The notes below the pieces were generated by a model. It made no database searches and was not told the origin of the DNA. It worked only from the letters and a program-made list of their open reading frames with translations. DNA of 62,994 bases, counting the filler, from Octopus bimaculoides (taxonomy: Eukaryota): assembly GCF_001194135.2 (NCBI RefSeq). It is 5 parts of 5 records of this genome, joined end to end, with 100 filler letters (N's around TTAATTAATTAA, not from the genome) between each part and the next. Parts side by side here need not be neighbours in the genome. Positions count along the whole stretch, not along the records: positions 45,161 to 60,797 come from NC_069005.1; positions 60,898 to 62,994 come from NC_068989.1; 3 more parts are not named here. One strand, 5' to 3'. Below are positions 52,421 to 62,994 of the stretch, one piece after another. Position numbers and translations under genes: made by a program. The stretch's first letter is position 1, and each line of letters begins with the position of its first letter.

Positions 52421-52678
52421 ATATACACACATGTGGAGAGAGCGGTATTTCGTCTGCCGCTACGTTCTGAGTTCAAATTCCGCCGAGGTCGACTTTGCCT
52501 TTCATCCTTTCGGGGTCGATTAAATAAGTACCAGTTACGCACTGGGGTTGATATAATCGACTTAATCCGTTTGTCTGTCTTTGTTTGTCCCCTCTGTGTG
52601 TAGCCCCTTGTGGGTAGTAAAGAAATAACACATGTGGAGAGAGAGAGAGAGAGAGAGAATGAGAGAAAATCTACTTAC

Positions 52679-52756
52679 CTTATCATACATACATGGCTTT
52701 GAGGTCTGTATAATACCATGTTTTATTTGGTTCTGGAACAGGTAGGCTTCCAATAC
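52679..52756 (-). CDS. MAPKAPK5: MAPKAPK5 exon C7 (VLEAYLFQNQIKHGIIQTSKPCMYDK)
   Basis: 78 nt, phase 0-0, tgcatcag| and AAG|GTAAGT; matches the MK5-specific insert VLEA..GII....YxK. Confidence 0.9.
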
Positions 52757-54162
52757 CTGATGCAGATACAAAGAAAGAAAGAAAGAATGAATGAATGAAT
52801 GAATGAACGAATAAATAAATAAAGGGTAAAGACCCACTTTGGTCAGGATTGACCATGGGATTGCACCTACAAAGTTCTCCGACAAAGCACAAGCCCAGGC
52901 AAGACCAACAGTTGCCCATGCATATCAGCCTGCCCTCTCCATGCCACTAATGTTATCCAAGGGAAAGGCAAAGGGGTCGATACAGCTTGGCACCAGGCAC
53001 AACTCATTTCTACAGATGAGTGAATTGGAGCAATGTGAAATAAAGTGTCTTGTTCAAGAACACAACACGCAGCCCAGTGTGGGAATTGGACAAGTTACCT
53101 CATGATTGTAAGCCTGACGTTCTAACCACTGACCTATGCACCTTCACTTATCTNNNNNNNNNNNNNNNNNNNNNNNNNNNNNNNNNNNNNNNNNNNNNNN
53201 NNNNNNNNNNNNNNNNNNNNNNNNNNNNNNNNNNNNNNNNNNNNNNNNNNNNNNNNNNNNNNNNNNNNNNNNNNTATATATATGTATATATATGTATTGA
53301 GAAAAAGAGGCGTCAGAATATTGGAAAAAATCCTTTTATTTCTTTATTATTATTATATGTAATTAAAAATGGATAAAGATCCCCTTTAGTCATGAAAAAA
53401 GACACTTGCCCAAGGTGCCACGCAGTGGGACTGAACTCGGAACCATGTGGTTGGTAAGCAAGCTACTTACGACATAACCATTCTTGCGCCTATGTATGAT
53501 GGTGAAAATCATTTTACAGCTTCCAGGTGATGTCAAGACAAAGATACACAATCACACATACATATATACATGACAGGCTTCTTCCAGTTTCCGTCTACCA
53601 AATCCACTCACGAGGCTTTAGTTGGCCAGAGGCTATAATAAAAGACACTTGCCTAAGGTACCATGCAGTGGGACTGAACCCAAGAACTGGTTTGGGAAGC
53701 AAGCTCCTTATCACACAACCATGCCAGCATCATCATCATCATCATCATCATCATTGTTTAACATCCGTTTTCCATGCTGGCATGGGTTGGATGGTTCAAC
53801 TGGGGTCTGGGAAGCCAGGAGGCTGCACCAGGCTCCAGTCTGATCTGGCAGTGTTTCTATGGCTGGATGCCCTTCCTAACGCCAACCACTCCGAGTGTGT
53901 AGTAGGTGCTTTTTTTACATGCCACCGACACAGGGGCCAGAGGGGGCTGGCATCGACCACGATTGGATGGAGCTATGTATGTGCCACCGGCATGGAAGCC
54001 AGCCAATCAAGTCAAGTCATCTTTGTAATATTTATTTTCAGACACTCCCTTATCACTATCGAAATTTTAACAAGCAACAAAGCAGAGAGTGGTTCGTTAG
54101 AAACTTGCGACTGATGGTAATGTTGTGCACAAACTGTATGATATAAAATATAAAAATAACTA

Positions 54163-54312
<150 letters not shown>

Positions 54313-54979
54313 TTAGATTAGTTGTGTCTCAACCATTTTTTGATTCCTATTTTATTCAAAGGACTCCTTTTTGATCCCCGTTTTATTCAGATTGACCCTC
54401 CAGGCCATTTGATGTTTAACTCTTCATTTAATCCAGCCCTAAATGGCACAAACACTCTACCTGTTTTATGTAAAAAAAATGGCCTGATCCAGCCTCTCAT
54501 GCTGAACCCGGAACCATGTGGTTGGGAAGCAAGCTTCTTACCACACAGCTACACTGTGCCNNNNNNNNNNNNNNNNNNNNNNNNNNNNNNNNNNNNNNNN
54601 NNNNNNNNNNNNNNNNNNNNNNNNNNNNNNNNNNNNNNNNNNNNNNNNNNNNNNNNNNNNNNNNNNNNNNNNNNNNNNNNNNNNNNNNNNNNNNNNNNNN
54701 NNNNNNNNNNNNNNNNNNNNNNNNNNNNNNNNNNNNNNNNNNNNNNNNNNNNNNNNNNNNNNNNNNNNNNNNNNNNNNNNNNNNNNNNNNNNNNNNNNNN
54801 NNNNNNNNNNNNNNNNNNNNNNNNNNNNNNNNNNNNNNNNNNNNNNNNNNNNNNNNNNNNNNNNNNNNNNNNNNNNNNNNNNNNNNNNNNNNNNNNNNNN
54901 NNNNNNNNNNNNNNNNNNNNNNNNNNNNNNNNNNNAATCAATATTAATTAATATATAATTTTTTGCCATTTTTTAAATA

Positions 54980-55015
<36 letters not shown>

Positions 55016-55233
55016 ATGTGTATTTATGTATGTATGTATGTATGTATCTAAGATAGTGGCAGACAGTGAGAAGAAGTACTTAACACCAGATTTAGTGGAT
55101 AAATACTTTCTTCGATTTGTGGATATAAAATGCTGCCATTAGCTTCATGTAATGCGTTGCAATTATCAAGTGTACCTCGAGAAAGTTTCTCTTTTGGATA
55201 TGACGAGGTGAGATGACACAAAACTTTATCATA

Positions 55234-55640
55234 CCGTAAATCCTCGAATATAAACCGCACTTTTTTTCCCCAAATTTAAATGTGCATACTATATACGAGG
55301 TTAAAAATGAAAAATATTTCCTAAGCAAAATTTTCTGATAAACATGTAAAGGCAATTTACTTAATATTTATTTTTCACTGACGTTATTACTGTTATTTCT
55401 TTATTTTCTACAAAGTGCACAAAAAAGCTACACGTTTGCATTATGTTATATATGCAATAATAATAAAGGACGTTACCGTATATACGTTTACAAACCAAGG
55501 ACGTTATATAGACCTCCTTGACACAAGTTAGAGAAGGGGTGCGTATTATACTCAAGGTTTACGTTTTTCAGAGGTACAGCCCCCTAAAAATCCCCTGCGT
55601 ATTATACTCAAGGGCGGACTATACTTGAGGATTTTTTCGG
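55234..55640. mobile_element. Tc2/pogo-type MITE in a MAPKAPK5 intron
   Basis: TA|ccgtaaatcctcgaatataaaccgca ... gcggactatacttgaggattttttcgg|TA; degenerate TIR with TA TSD. Confidence 0.75.
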
Positions 55641-56074
55641 TACTTCAAATATTGTTTAGTGACCTGTAAGGAAATACAAGATACGCAGGTGAAGGGAGGT
55701 AACTCGTATAGAATTACTTAATACAGTTTTTAAGTGCTTAGTTGATTTAAAAAAAAAAATTATTTAAAGAAAAAGTTATGAAATCTAGTGACAATTTTTT
55801 AATATAAACAAATGACCAAAAAATGATGGTGAATCTGATTGGCCAAACGTTGACCCATCAATTTCAGTCAAATTTAGTTAATATATACTTAAACTGTGTT
55901 GATACTACATAAATAATATTTTTATAAATATTTTAATAGATATATGATGGATTTCTGTACTTTTCATCCACTGGTTCCACTCATAAGGTATCGATTAGCC
56001 CCAAACAATAGAACAACATGCTGTGCATTGAGATGGAACCTGAAGTCACATGATTACAATACAGATGTCTGTAC

Positions 56075-56111
<37 letters not shown>

Positions 56112-56435
56112 CATTCAAATAAGAATTCTTCAAGGCAGTGCTCCAGCATGGCTGCCATCCAATTACTGAAATNNNNNNNNNNNNNNNNNNNNNNNNNNNN
56201 NNNNNNNNNNNNNNNNNNNNNNNNNNNNNNNNNNNNNNNNNNNNNNNNNNNNNNNNNNNNNNNNNNNNNNNNNNNNNNNNNNNNNNNNNNNNNNNNNNNN
56301 NNNNNNNNNNNNNNNNNNNNNNNNNNNNNNNNNNNNNNNNNNNNNNNNNNNNNNNNNNNNNNNNNNNNNNNNNNNNNNNNNNAACGGCAAAGTTGACCTC
56401 AGAGGACTTTGGACTGAGAATGTAAGGCTGGACAA

Positions 56436-56499
<64 letters not shown>

Positions 56500-56889
56500 G
56501 CTGTGATGCAGTACTGGGCAGTGGCTCTCATGGCTTCTGATCTTAATCGATTGGAAGTGTTATCATGTACATTGTTCTGTCTTGATATAAAAGATGGGAT
56601 ACAACAAATATTCTGCTCAATATCATAGATTTGCTTGTCAGTTGCTTGACCTTAACCAGTTGAGCATGTCCCTTAGTGGTTGACAATATGTGCATCTCTG
56701 ATCATGAGTAGAAGTAGTGGGGGAACATCATAGCCATGTGTTGAGAGGAATTCTTTGGGGTTTGAATGATTCACCTCTGGAAACATGGGTCTTTTGTTCA
56801 TCATCCTTAAACAACCCTTATCCAGGGACCTTTTGAGTGGGATGAGCTACTCGACCTGAAGAAAATTCTAACTGAGCCTAATGATAATA

Positions 56890-57037
56890 GGCATACACAT
56901 AAACATACACACAATACATACACATAAACACACACACAATACATACACATAAACACACACACAATGCATACACATGAACACACACATAATACATACACAT
57001 GAACACACACACAATACATACACATGAACACACATAT
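56890..57037. repeat. Compound CA-rich repeat (~22-nt units, acacaatacatacacat(a/g)aac)
   Basis: Seen directly, abutting the exon C4 donor. Confidence 0.85.
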
Positions 57038-57039
57038 AC

Positions 57040-57148
57040 CTGTTTTAAATAAAAGGTGGCTCTCTTCTCTGTGAAACATCTTTCTCTGCTGATTCGGTCG
57101 AATAACTCTCCTCCCTCCATCAATTCCATTATCATTAAGAGACGAGGT
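57040..57148 (-). CDS. MAPKAPK5: MAPKAPK5 exon C4 (PRLLMIMELMEGGELFDRISRERCFTEKRATFYLKQ)
   Basis: 109 nt, phase 2-0; MELMEGGELF hinge motif of the MAPKAPK family. Confidence 0.96.
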
Positions 57149-57699
57149 CTGAAAATATAGTAATCAAGTAATTAGCTAATCAAGTACCACATACCAAATA
57201 AAACAAAAAGAATGAAAACTGAAATCGTTATAATCTTAGATTTATTTTACAGTTTTGAACACTGAACCCACCCAGTCTGCTGTTGTTGTTGTTGTTATTG
57301 CTGCAATCATTAGTGTTTTGGGCCTCACGGGAGCAATGTCCGATGCCAGTGTCATGTAACTGGCACCTCTGCCGGTGGCACATAAAAAGCACCTTTCAAT
57401 AGTTGGACCTCACAGAGGCAATGACGTATGACCGAGACCTTTTGGTAATGTGCCATGCTTGAGAAGAAGAAGACCCATGAAGCCAACTACCCATCCTGGT
57501 GGCATGTAAAAGCACCCAATACACCCTCGGAATGGTTGGCATTGGGAAGGGCATTCAGCTGTAGAAACCATGAAACCATGTCAAATCAGACTGGAGTCTG
57601 GTGTGGCTCCTCAGCCCTGGTCAAACCTTCCAACCCATGCCCAGCATGGACAATGGACGTTAAATGACAACAACAATGATGATGATGATGCTTGCTTGA

Positions 57700-57960
57700 T
57701 GTGACTGAGTTCATTCCAAGTTAGTGGTCCCAGGGACATCATCATGCATAGAGTAGACCAGTGCTCTCCATCGCTGACCGTCCTGTGCCAGCCCCTTTGT
57801 ATACTCCAAGGCGATGTTAAACCTCTGGAGATCTTCCCCAACCACGTCCAGCCACAAAGCCTCTTCTTGCCTGCTACTACTGCGTCGAATGAGAGCGAAG
57901 CCCTGGTAGGATGATCTAGCAGGAGACGGAAGCCATGTCTGTACCAGCGCATGTGATGGA
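57700..57960 (-). mobile_element. Decayed RTE LINE 3' fragment
   Basis: LWLDVVGEDL...LAQDGQRWRALV resembles RTE C-termini; bounds approximate. Confidence 0.6.
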
Positions 57961-58394
57961 TAGCTATGAGGTCTGGGGCTGCAGGCTGATGTTCTCAACG
58001 GTTTTCAGGGCTCTGCTATCAAGAGACTGATAGAATAAGCACCAGGCATACAGGGAGTAAGTCCAGGGGTCAATTTCTTTGACTAAAGGGCAGTGTTCAA
58101 GCATGGCCACTGTCAAATGACTGAAACAAGTAAAAGAGTAAAAGAGTAAAAAGTATATGAAGAAGGAGGAAGAGGATGTTGAAGATGCTCTGACAAAGGG
58201 ATGACTATATCTAAAGGCTAAGTATCTTTCTAAGTGCTTATGTCACTGCATCAGTTGAAGTGGTTAACAAGAGTAAAGGAAAGAAGAGTTACTCCAACAG
58301 AAGCCATTCCACTCACACTTGACAAAATGAATAATGACGTACTAATTTAAATTAAAACATATGTTCTTTTCTACTCTAGGTACAAGGCCTGAAG

Positions 58395-58625
58395 TGGAGG
58401 CACAATGGCCCAGTGGTTACGGCAGTGGGCTCACGGTCATAGGATCGTGGTTTCGATTTCCAGACCGGGCATTGTGAGTGTTTATTGAGCGAAAACACCT
58501 AAAGCTCCACGAGGCTCCGGCAGGGGATGGTGGCGAACCCTGCTGTACTCTTTCACCACAACTTTCTCTCACTTATTCTTCCTGTTTCTGTTGTGCCTGT
58601 AATTCAAAGGGTCGGCCTTGTCGCT
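58395..58625 (+). mobile_element. Family C SINE, 3'-truncated
   Basis: Matches the family C head and body. Confidence 0.88.
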
Positions 58626-58751
58626 TAACTGGCACTGCTCTAGAAATTTCTAAAATGATAGTTTAGATAGTTTGCCTTTGATCATTGTCATCATGAGTCA
58701 GGTGGGGGATCAAGGTTGACCTAGGGCTAAACAACAATAGAAGACACTTAC

Positions 58752-58925
58752 TTGGGATGACATTCTCCTGGGAACTGGATGTTGTTCACATAGACATCGT
58801 AGACAGTCACGATATGGGGGTGATTGCTACACAAGATGTGGATTTTCGCTTCTGTCCTGGTTTGTAGGCAATCTGGTAGACACTTGACGGCAAACCTCTC
58901 TGATGTTGCCTTTTTCTTACACAAC
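58752..58925 (-). CDS. MAPKAPK5: MAPKAPK5 exon C3 (LCKKKATSERFAVKCLPD...HPHIVTVYDVYVNNIQFPGECHPK)
   Basis: 174 nt, phase 2-2, AG/GTAAGT; catalytic Lys (FAVK) and MK5-type insert NNIQFPGE. Confidence 0.95.
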
Positions 58926-59010
58926 CTACAAGATGCACAAATCAACAGTTTACAATGGAAATTTCAAATTATTCGTAAATAAATGGAATTCCACAAGAAA
59001 CAAATCTGAA

Positions 59011-59052
<42 letters not shown>

Positions 59053-59484
59053 CCTTTCTACTAGAGGCACAAGGTCTGAAATTTTGGGGGAAGAGACTAA
59101 TCAATTACCTCAACCCAAGTGTTTCACTGCTACTTAATTTATCGACCCTAAAAGGATAAAAAGCAAAGCTGACCTCGGCAGAATTTGAACTCAGAACATA
59201 GTACTCAACTGGTACTTATTTTATTGACTCCCAAAAGAATGAGAGGCAAAGCTGAACATGGTGGTATTTGAACTCAGACTCACTAATGATTCTGCCAATA
59301 ATAAACGTTTCCAATTTTAGCAGGAGGGTGAAACATTATGCCTGAAATAAGATAAGACGGTTGCCTTACATCATAGGTTTGCTTGATGAGAAGATTTTGA
59401 ACAGAACCATGTATCTTCGTCATATAAACACAGCTAAATTAGCAATGAGATAAAGGAAGATCCACTTTGACCACCACCACTTAC

Positions 59485-59558
59485 CTGACGGGTCCATTGC
59501 TGCCACTACCTAACTTCTCTTTCCAGTAGATTATATAGTCGTCCAGTACCGAGTGTGT
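59485..59558 (-). CDS. MAPKAPK5: MAPKAPK5 exon C2 (THSVLDDYIIYWKEKLGSGSNGPVR), Gly-rich loop
   Basis: 74 nt, ttttgtag| ... AG|GTAAGT; resembles recalled human ETSILEEYSINWTQKLGAGISGPVR. Confidence 0.93.
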
Positions 59559-59818
59559 CTACAAAAGATAGGTAAGAAGATGATTAAAGTTAACTCAAGC
59601 CACATTCTTGACTTACATACACACACACACACACAGGGTGTGGTGAATAAATTGTCGTCTAAATTATGCAAAAATGAAAAATAACACTGAGATCTCATTT
59701 TAATACTGAGTGCACAACTGGATGGGAGACAAACATGGAAGGTCCCTAATTCTTCATTCGTTATCAACCAATTGGTAATATTCAGTTTTGCACCATTATA
59801 TATATATACATACCATCA

Positions 59819-60080
59819 GTGGAGGTGCAATGGCCCAGTGGTTAGAGCAGCGGACTTGCGGTCATAGGATCGCGGCTTCGATTCCCAGACCGGGCGTTGT
59901 GAGTGTTTATTGAGCGAAAACACCTAAAAGCTCCAAGAGGCTCTGGCAGGGGATGGTGGCGAACCCTGCTGTACTCTTTCACCACAACTTTCTCTCACTC
60001 TTTCTTCCTGTTTCTGTTGTGCCTGTAATTCAAAGGGTCAGCCTTGTCACACTGAATATCCCCGAGAACTACGTTAAGTG
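59819..60080 (+). mobile_element. Family C SINE, 3'-truncated
   Basis: Matches the family C head and body. Confidence 0.88.
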
Positions 60081-60138
60081 CGTATGTGTGTGCGCGCATG
60101 TGTGTGGGGGGTGTTCACTGTCCCAGACTTGAACTTAC

Positions 60139-60168
60139 CTTGACCTGTAAGGTGCCATAATCTGCCAT
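60139..60168 (-). CDS. MAPKAPK5: MAPKAPK5 coding exon C1 (MADYGTLQVK); full exon incl. 5' UTR 60139-60273
   Basis: ATG at 60168 with in-frame TAG upstream; donor AAG|GTAAGT; acceptor ttccattcctatacag at 60274; phase 0 joins in frame to C2. Confidence 0.8.
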
Positions 60169-60399
60169 TGGTGGTGTCCTCAAATTATTCTAGACTTTCT
60201 TGATGAAGAACATACTTGGTAGGTAACATCTTCCAACTGAGTCTTGACCAATGGTTGACCATTGACCATTTATCTGTATAGGAATGGAAGAGAAAAAGCA
60301 AGCAAAAATTTAGACTGTGTTTACTAAAAAAAATACCATAATTAGTTAGATCATCTGCACCTCTTAAATTATTTATATCAGTTAGAATACATCTATTAG

Positions 60400-60655
60400 A
60401 CTGACTACATTGGGATCTGTTAGGATTTTAACATCTGTTAGACTATGTTAGAATACCTACATCTATTAGACCATGTTAGGATATCTACATCTGTTAGGCT
60501 ATGTTAGGATATCTACATCTGTTAGATTACCTACATCTGTCAGACTACATACATCTATTAGATTATGTTAGGATACCTACATCTGTTAGATTATGTTAGC
60601 ATATCTACATCTGATAGACTACCTACATCTATTAGACTACATACATCTATTAAAC
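60400..60655. repeat. Minisatellite built from acatct(a/g)ttaga units
   Basis: Roughly a dozen degenerate units in the MAPKAPK5 5' intron. Confidence 0.8.
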
Positions 60656-60757
60656 TAAATTTCCTTGAGAACAATCTTTTCTTAGTAGTCAGACCATAGG
60701 TGGTCTTCTTCTAGCATAATGGATGTCCACTTAGTGGTCATCCCTCTTATATGTGTG

Positions 60758-60797
<40 letters not shown>

Positions 60798-61736
60798 NNN
60801 NNNNNNNNNNNNNNNNNNNNNNNNNNNNNNNNNNNNNNNNNTTAATTAATTAANNNNNNNNNNNNNNNNNNNNNNNNNNNNNNNNNNNNNNNNNNNNTAA
60901 TGTTGGGGGAAAAAGTCAAAATTGAAGAATTTGGGTGGGGGGGGGTTAACAAAGCCAATTTTTGGCGTATCCAAAAACGGGGAAATTATGGCAAAAAAAA
61001 ATTTTAATAAAGAAATTTGGGAGAAAATGGGTGGGGACGGGCGGAAGTCTTTCCCTTCAATGAACTGAAAAAAGAGTGGAGAGGCTCTTGTCGGATGTTT
61101 CGTACTTTTTTGGCCACTCCTCAGAGAGGACGTCGTTGATTTAGTTCTACAGTCGATAGAAAAGGATATTTAACAGATACATATAAAGCAGCCATGAATA
61201 AAAGTATTACCATAGTGAATAGCTTAATTTGCATATTTGCAATTTAGATAGCTCGTCGTAAGTTAACAATATAATGTATTGCAATACTGAAATAAATTTG
61301 AATGGTAAAAAGTTTTAGCTGTGATTGGATATTATAAGACTATAAAGCAACTCCTTCCGTGTTTTCGAAGTGTAATATTAATCAAAGTATAGGGCGTTGA
61401 TATTTCACCATTCGGATTTACACTTGTAAATAGATTGATAGTTGTCATAGAGACTTTAGTCTCTCTCTATCACCTTTCAACAGCTTTATATATGAAGAAA
61501 CATTAGACCAATTTTACAACATAATAAAAATAAGTTTTATTTTGGTGATGCTTGGTTATACAAATCCTGTCATTCAGCTTAGCAGCCGCTGATTAAGTTG
61601 TGATTTGGTATTGGAAGGTTAAGGGCTTCCTTGATGCCTGCCAGAGAAGCAAGTAGCTATCACCATCGAAGGCATCGTGGTGAAGAGTGCTTCGTTGAGG
61701 AGCGAGGAGAGTTGTCACGTAGAAGGTCTGTCCTCA

Positions 61737-61860
61737 ACTCACTGAGAAAATGAAACTCACTCTTTAAGTACCAGTTTTACTAGGCATGCGCACTCGAGGG
61801 GCTTCCGGTGGTGAAGTCCCCTGCGCATGCGCAGAATAGTACTTCCTCAATGGCGGCTAT
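61737..61860. promoter_or_regulatory. CpG-rich housekeeping-type core promoter, probably bidirectional, with candidate non-coding first exon of MAPKAPK5
   Basis: NRF1 palindrome TGCGCATGCGCA 61822-61833 and GCATGCGCA 61784-61792; ETS CTTCCGG 61802-61808 and ACTTCC 61841-61846; YY1-like ATGGCGGC 61850-61857; minus-strand GTGAGT donors at 61760 and 61742. Confidence 0.7.
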
Positions 61861-62948
61861 AATTTCGCGCCACTACACACTTAAGACTAGATTAGTACTT
61901 ACGAACAGAAACTAGTGCATTTATCTTAGAATTTGCTAAGATTGACTCATCGTGGTTATGTAGTCCATTTTGATATACTATGGATGTCGGTCTCATTTTG
62001 GTATTGCTTTTCAAATGGTTATCGAGCTTTCCCTTCATACTACAACCTGATTTTCAGATGCAGGTTTCGGAGACGTTTCAACCAACAACATGAAAATATT
62101 TTGTCGTCTTTCCATACGAAGTTCAAGTGTGTTGGAGCCCATTTCTAGCTACAAATAAACAGGAATTTTTGGACCAAATAGTACTGGTCTAGTGTCGGGG
62201 AAGTTGATACAAGTGTTGAGGTAACTCACCTGAATGTAATTATCATATAGTTTTGAACATATACACACATACTAGTCATGACAAGCTTTCTGCTTAAAAC
62301 GTTATTCACATTTTCGACATAATTTAACTGTGACGTATTTTAATAACTGCATGCGCAAAAGATTTCTGAATAAGGAACAATTTTTTTTTCATACAATATT
62401 CTAGTATTGCTGTACGACAATTACATTTTATTTACTAATCAAAATATATTTGCAATGCTCCCATTTCTGAAACAAGATAGTACACCATGCAAAAAAAGCA
62501 AAAACGACAAGTAATGGTTGTTATTAAGTATTTAGTTAATATTTATTTAATTTTCAATTAATCTTCATGTAATTTTGATTTGTCTTTGAACATTGTTACT
62601 GAATACCATGTACTGAAATATTTTAATATTCCAATATCGCTTCATCGCTGTTGTATGACTAATATTATTTTATTTTTTTCTCTGTTGAAGGCATTTTCTT
62701 GTTTCTCTTTCTCAAGCTCCATGCCAATATTCCTTATGTTAATTCCATCAACAACCCTTATCTTCTTTTTGATTAAAGAATTGATGAATTACTTCTTTCA
62801 TGTCATTCCACCGGTTTATGTATGTATGTATGTATGTATGTATGTACATGCATACAAAACACACCCATTGTCAGATGGATAGATGTTAATATAAAATGTG
62901 TGTGTGTATATATATATATATGTGTGTGTGTGTATGTGTGTGTGTGTG

Positions 62949-62994
<46 letters not shown>

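Noticed and set aside
60898-61130. Homopolymer-rich segment with GGGCGGAAGT
   Set aside because: Directly after a scaffold gap and resembling low-quality contig end; no supportable call.

Overview
Eukaryotic, AT-rich, repeat-dense animal genomic DNA with many N gaps. The SINE families, RTE tails and microsatellite load suggest an octopus draft scaffold; that is an inference from recalled repeat families, not a search. Two spliced genes can be reconstructed by eye, converging tail-to-tail. (1) MAPKAPK5 (MK5/PRAK) on the minus strand: 11 coding exons between 60168 and 46097, all GT-AG with consistent phases. The catalytic-loop (HRD) exon and the last exon are not visible. (2) A CABCOCO1/C10orf107-like gene on the plus strand: 5 exons between 37239 and 44280, with first and last exons not found. 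A CpG-rich NRF1/ETS/YY1 promoter at ~61.74-61.86 kb probably drives MK5 and possibly a divergent transcript. The rest is tRNA-derived SINEs (four families), RTE/CR1/Penelope fragments, Tc1/mariner MITEs, one Helitron, a probable solo LTR, microsatellites and a few unassigned exon-like segments. The best leads concern MK5: three uORFs ending in a compact three-frame stop cassette just before the start codon, near-identical inverted RTE tails bracketing exons C8-C10, a retained C-terminal extension with an eroded basic NLS/p38-docking motif, and possible 3' overlap with CABCOCO1. I found no prokaryote-type system (no CRISPR array, no operon). No searches were run; human MK5/CABCOCO1 comparisons are from memory.
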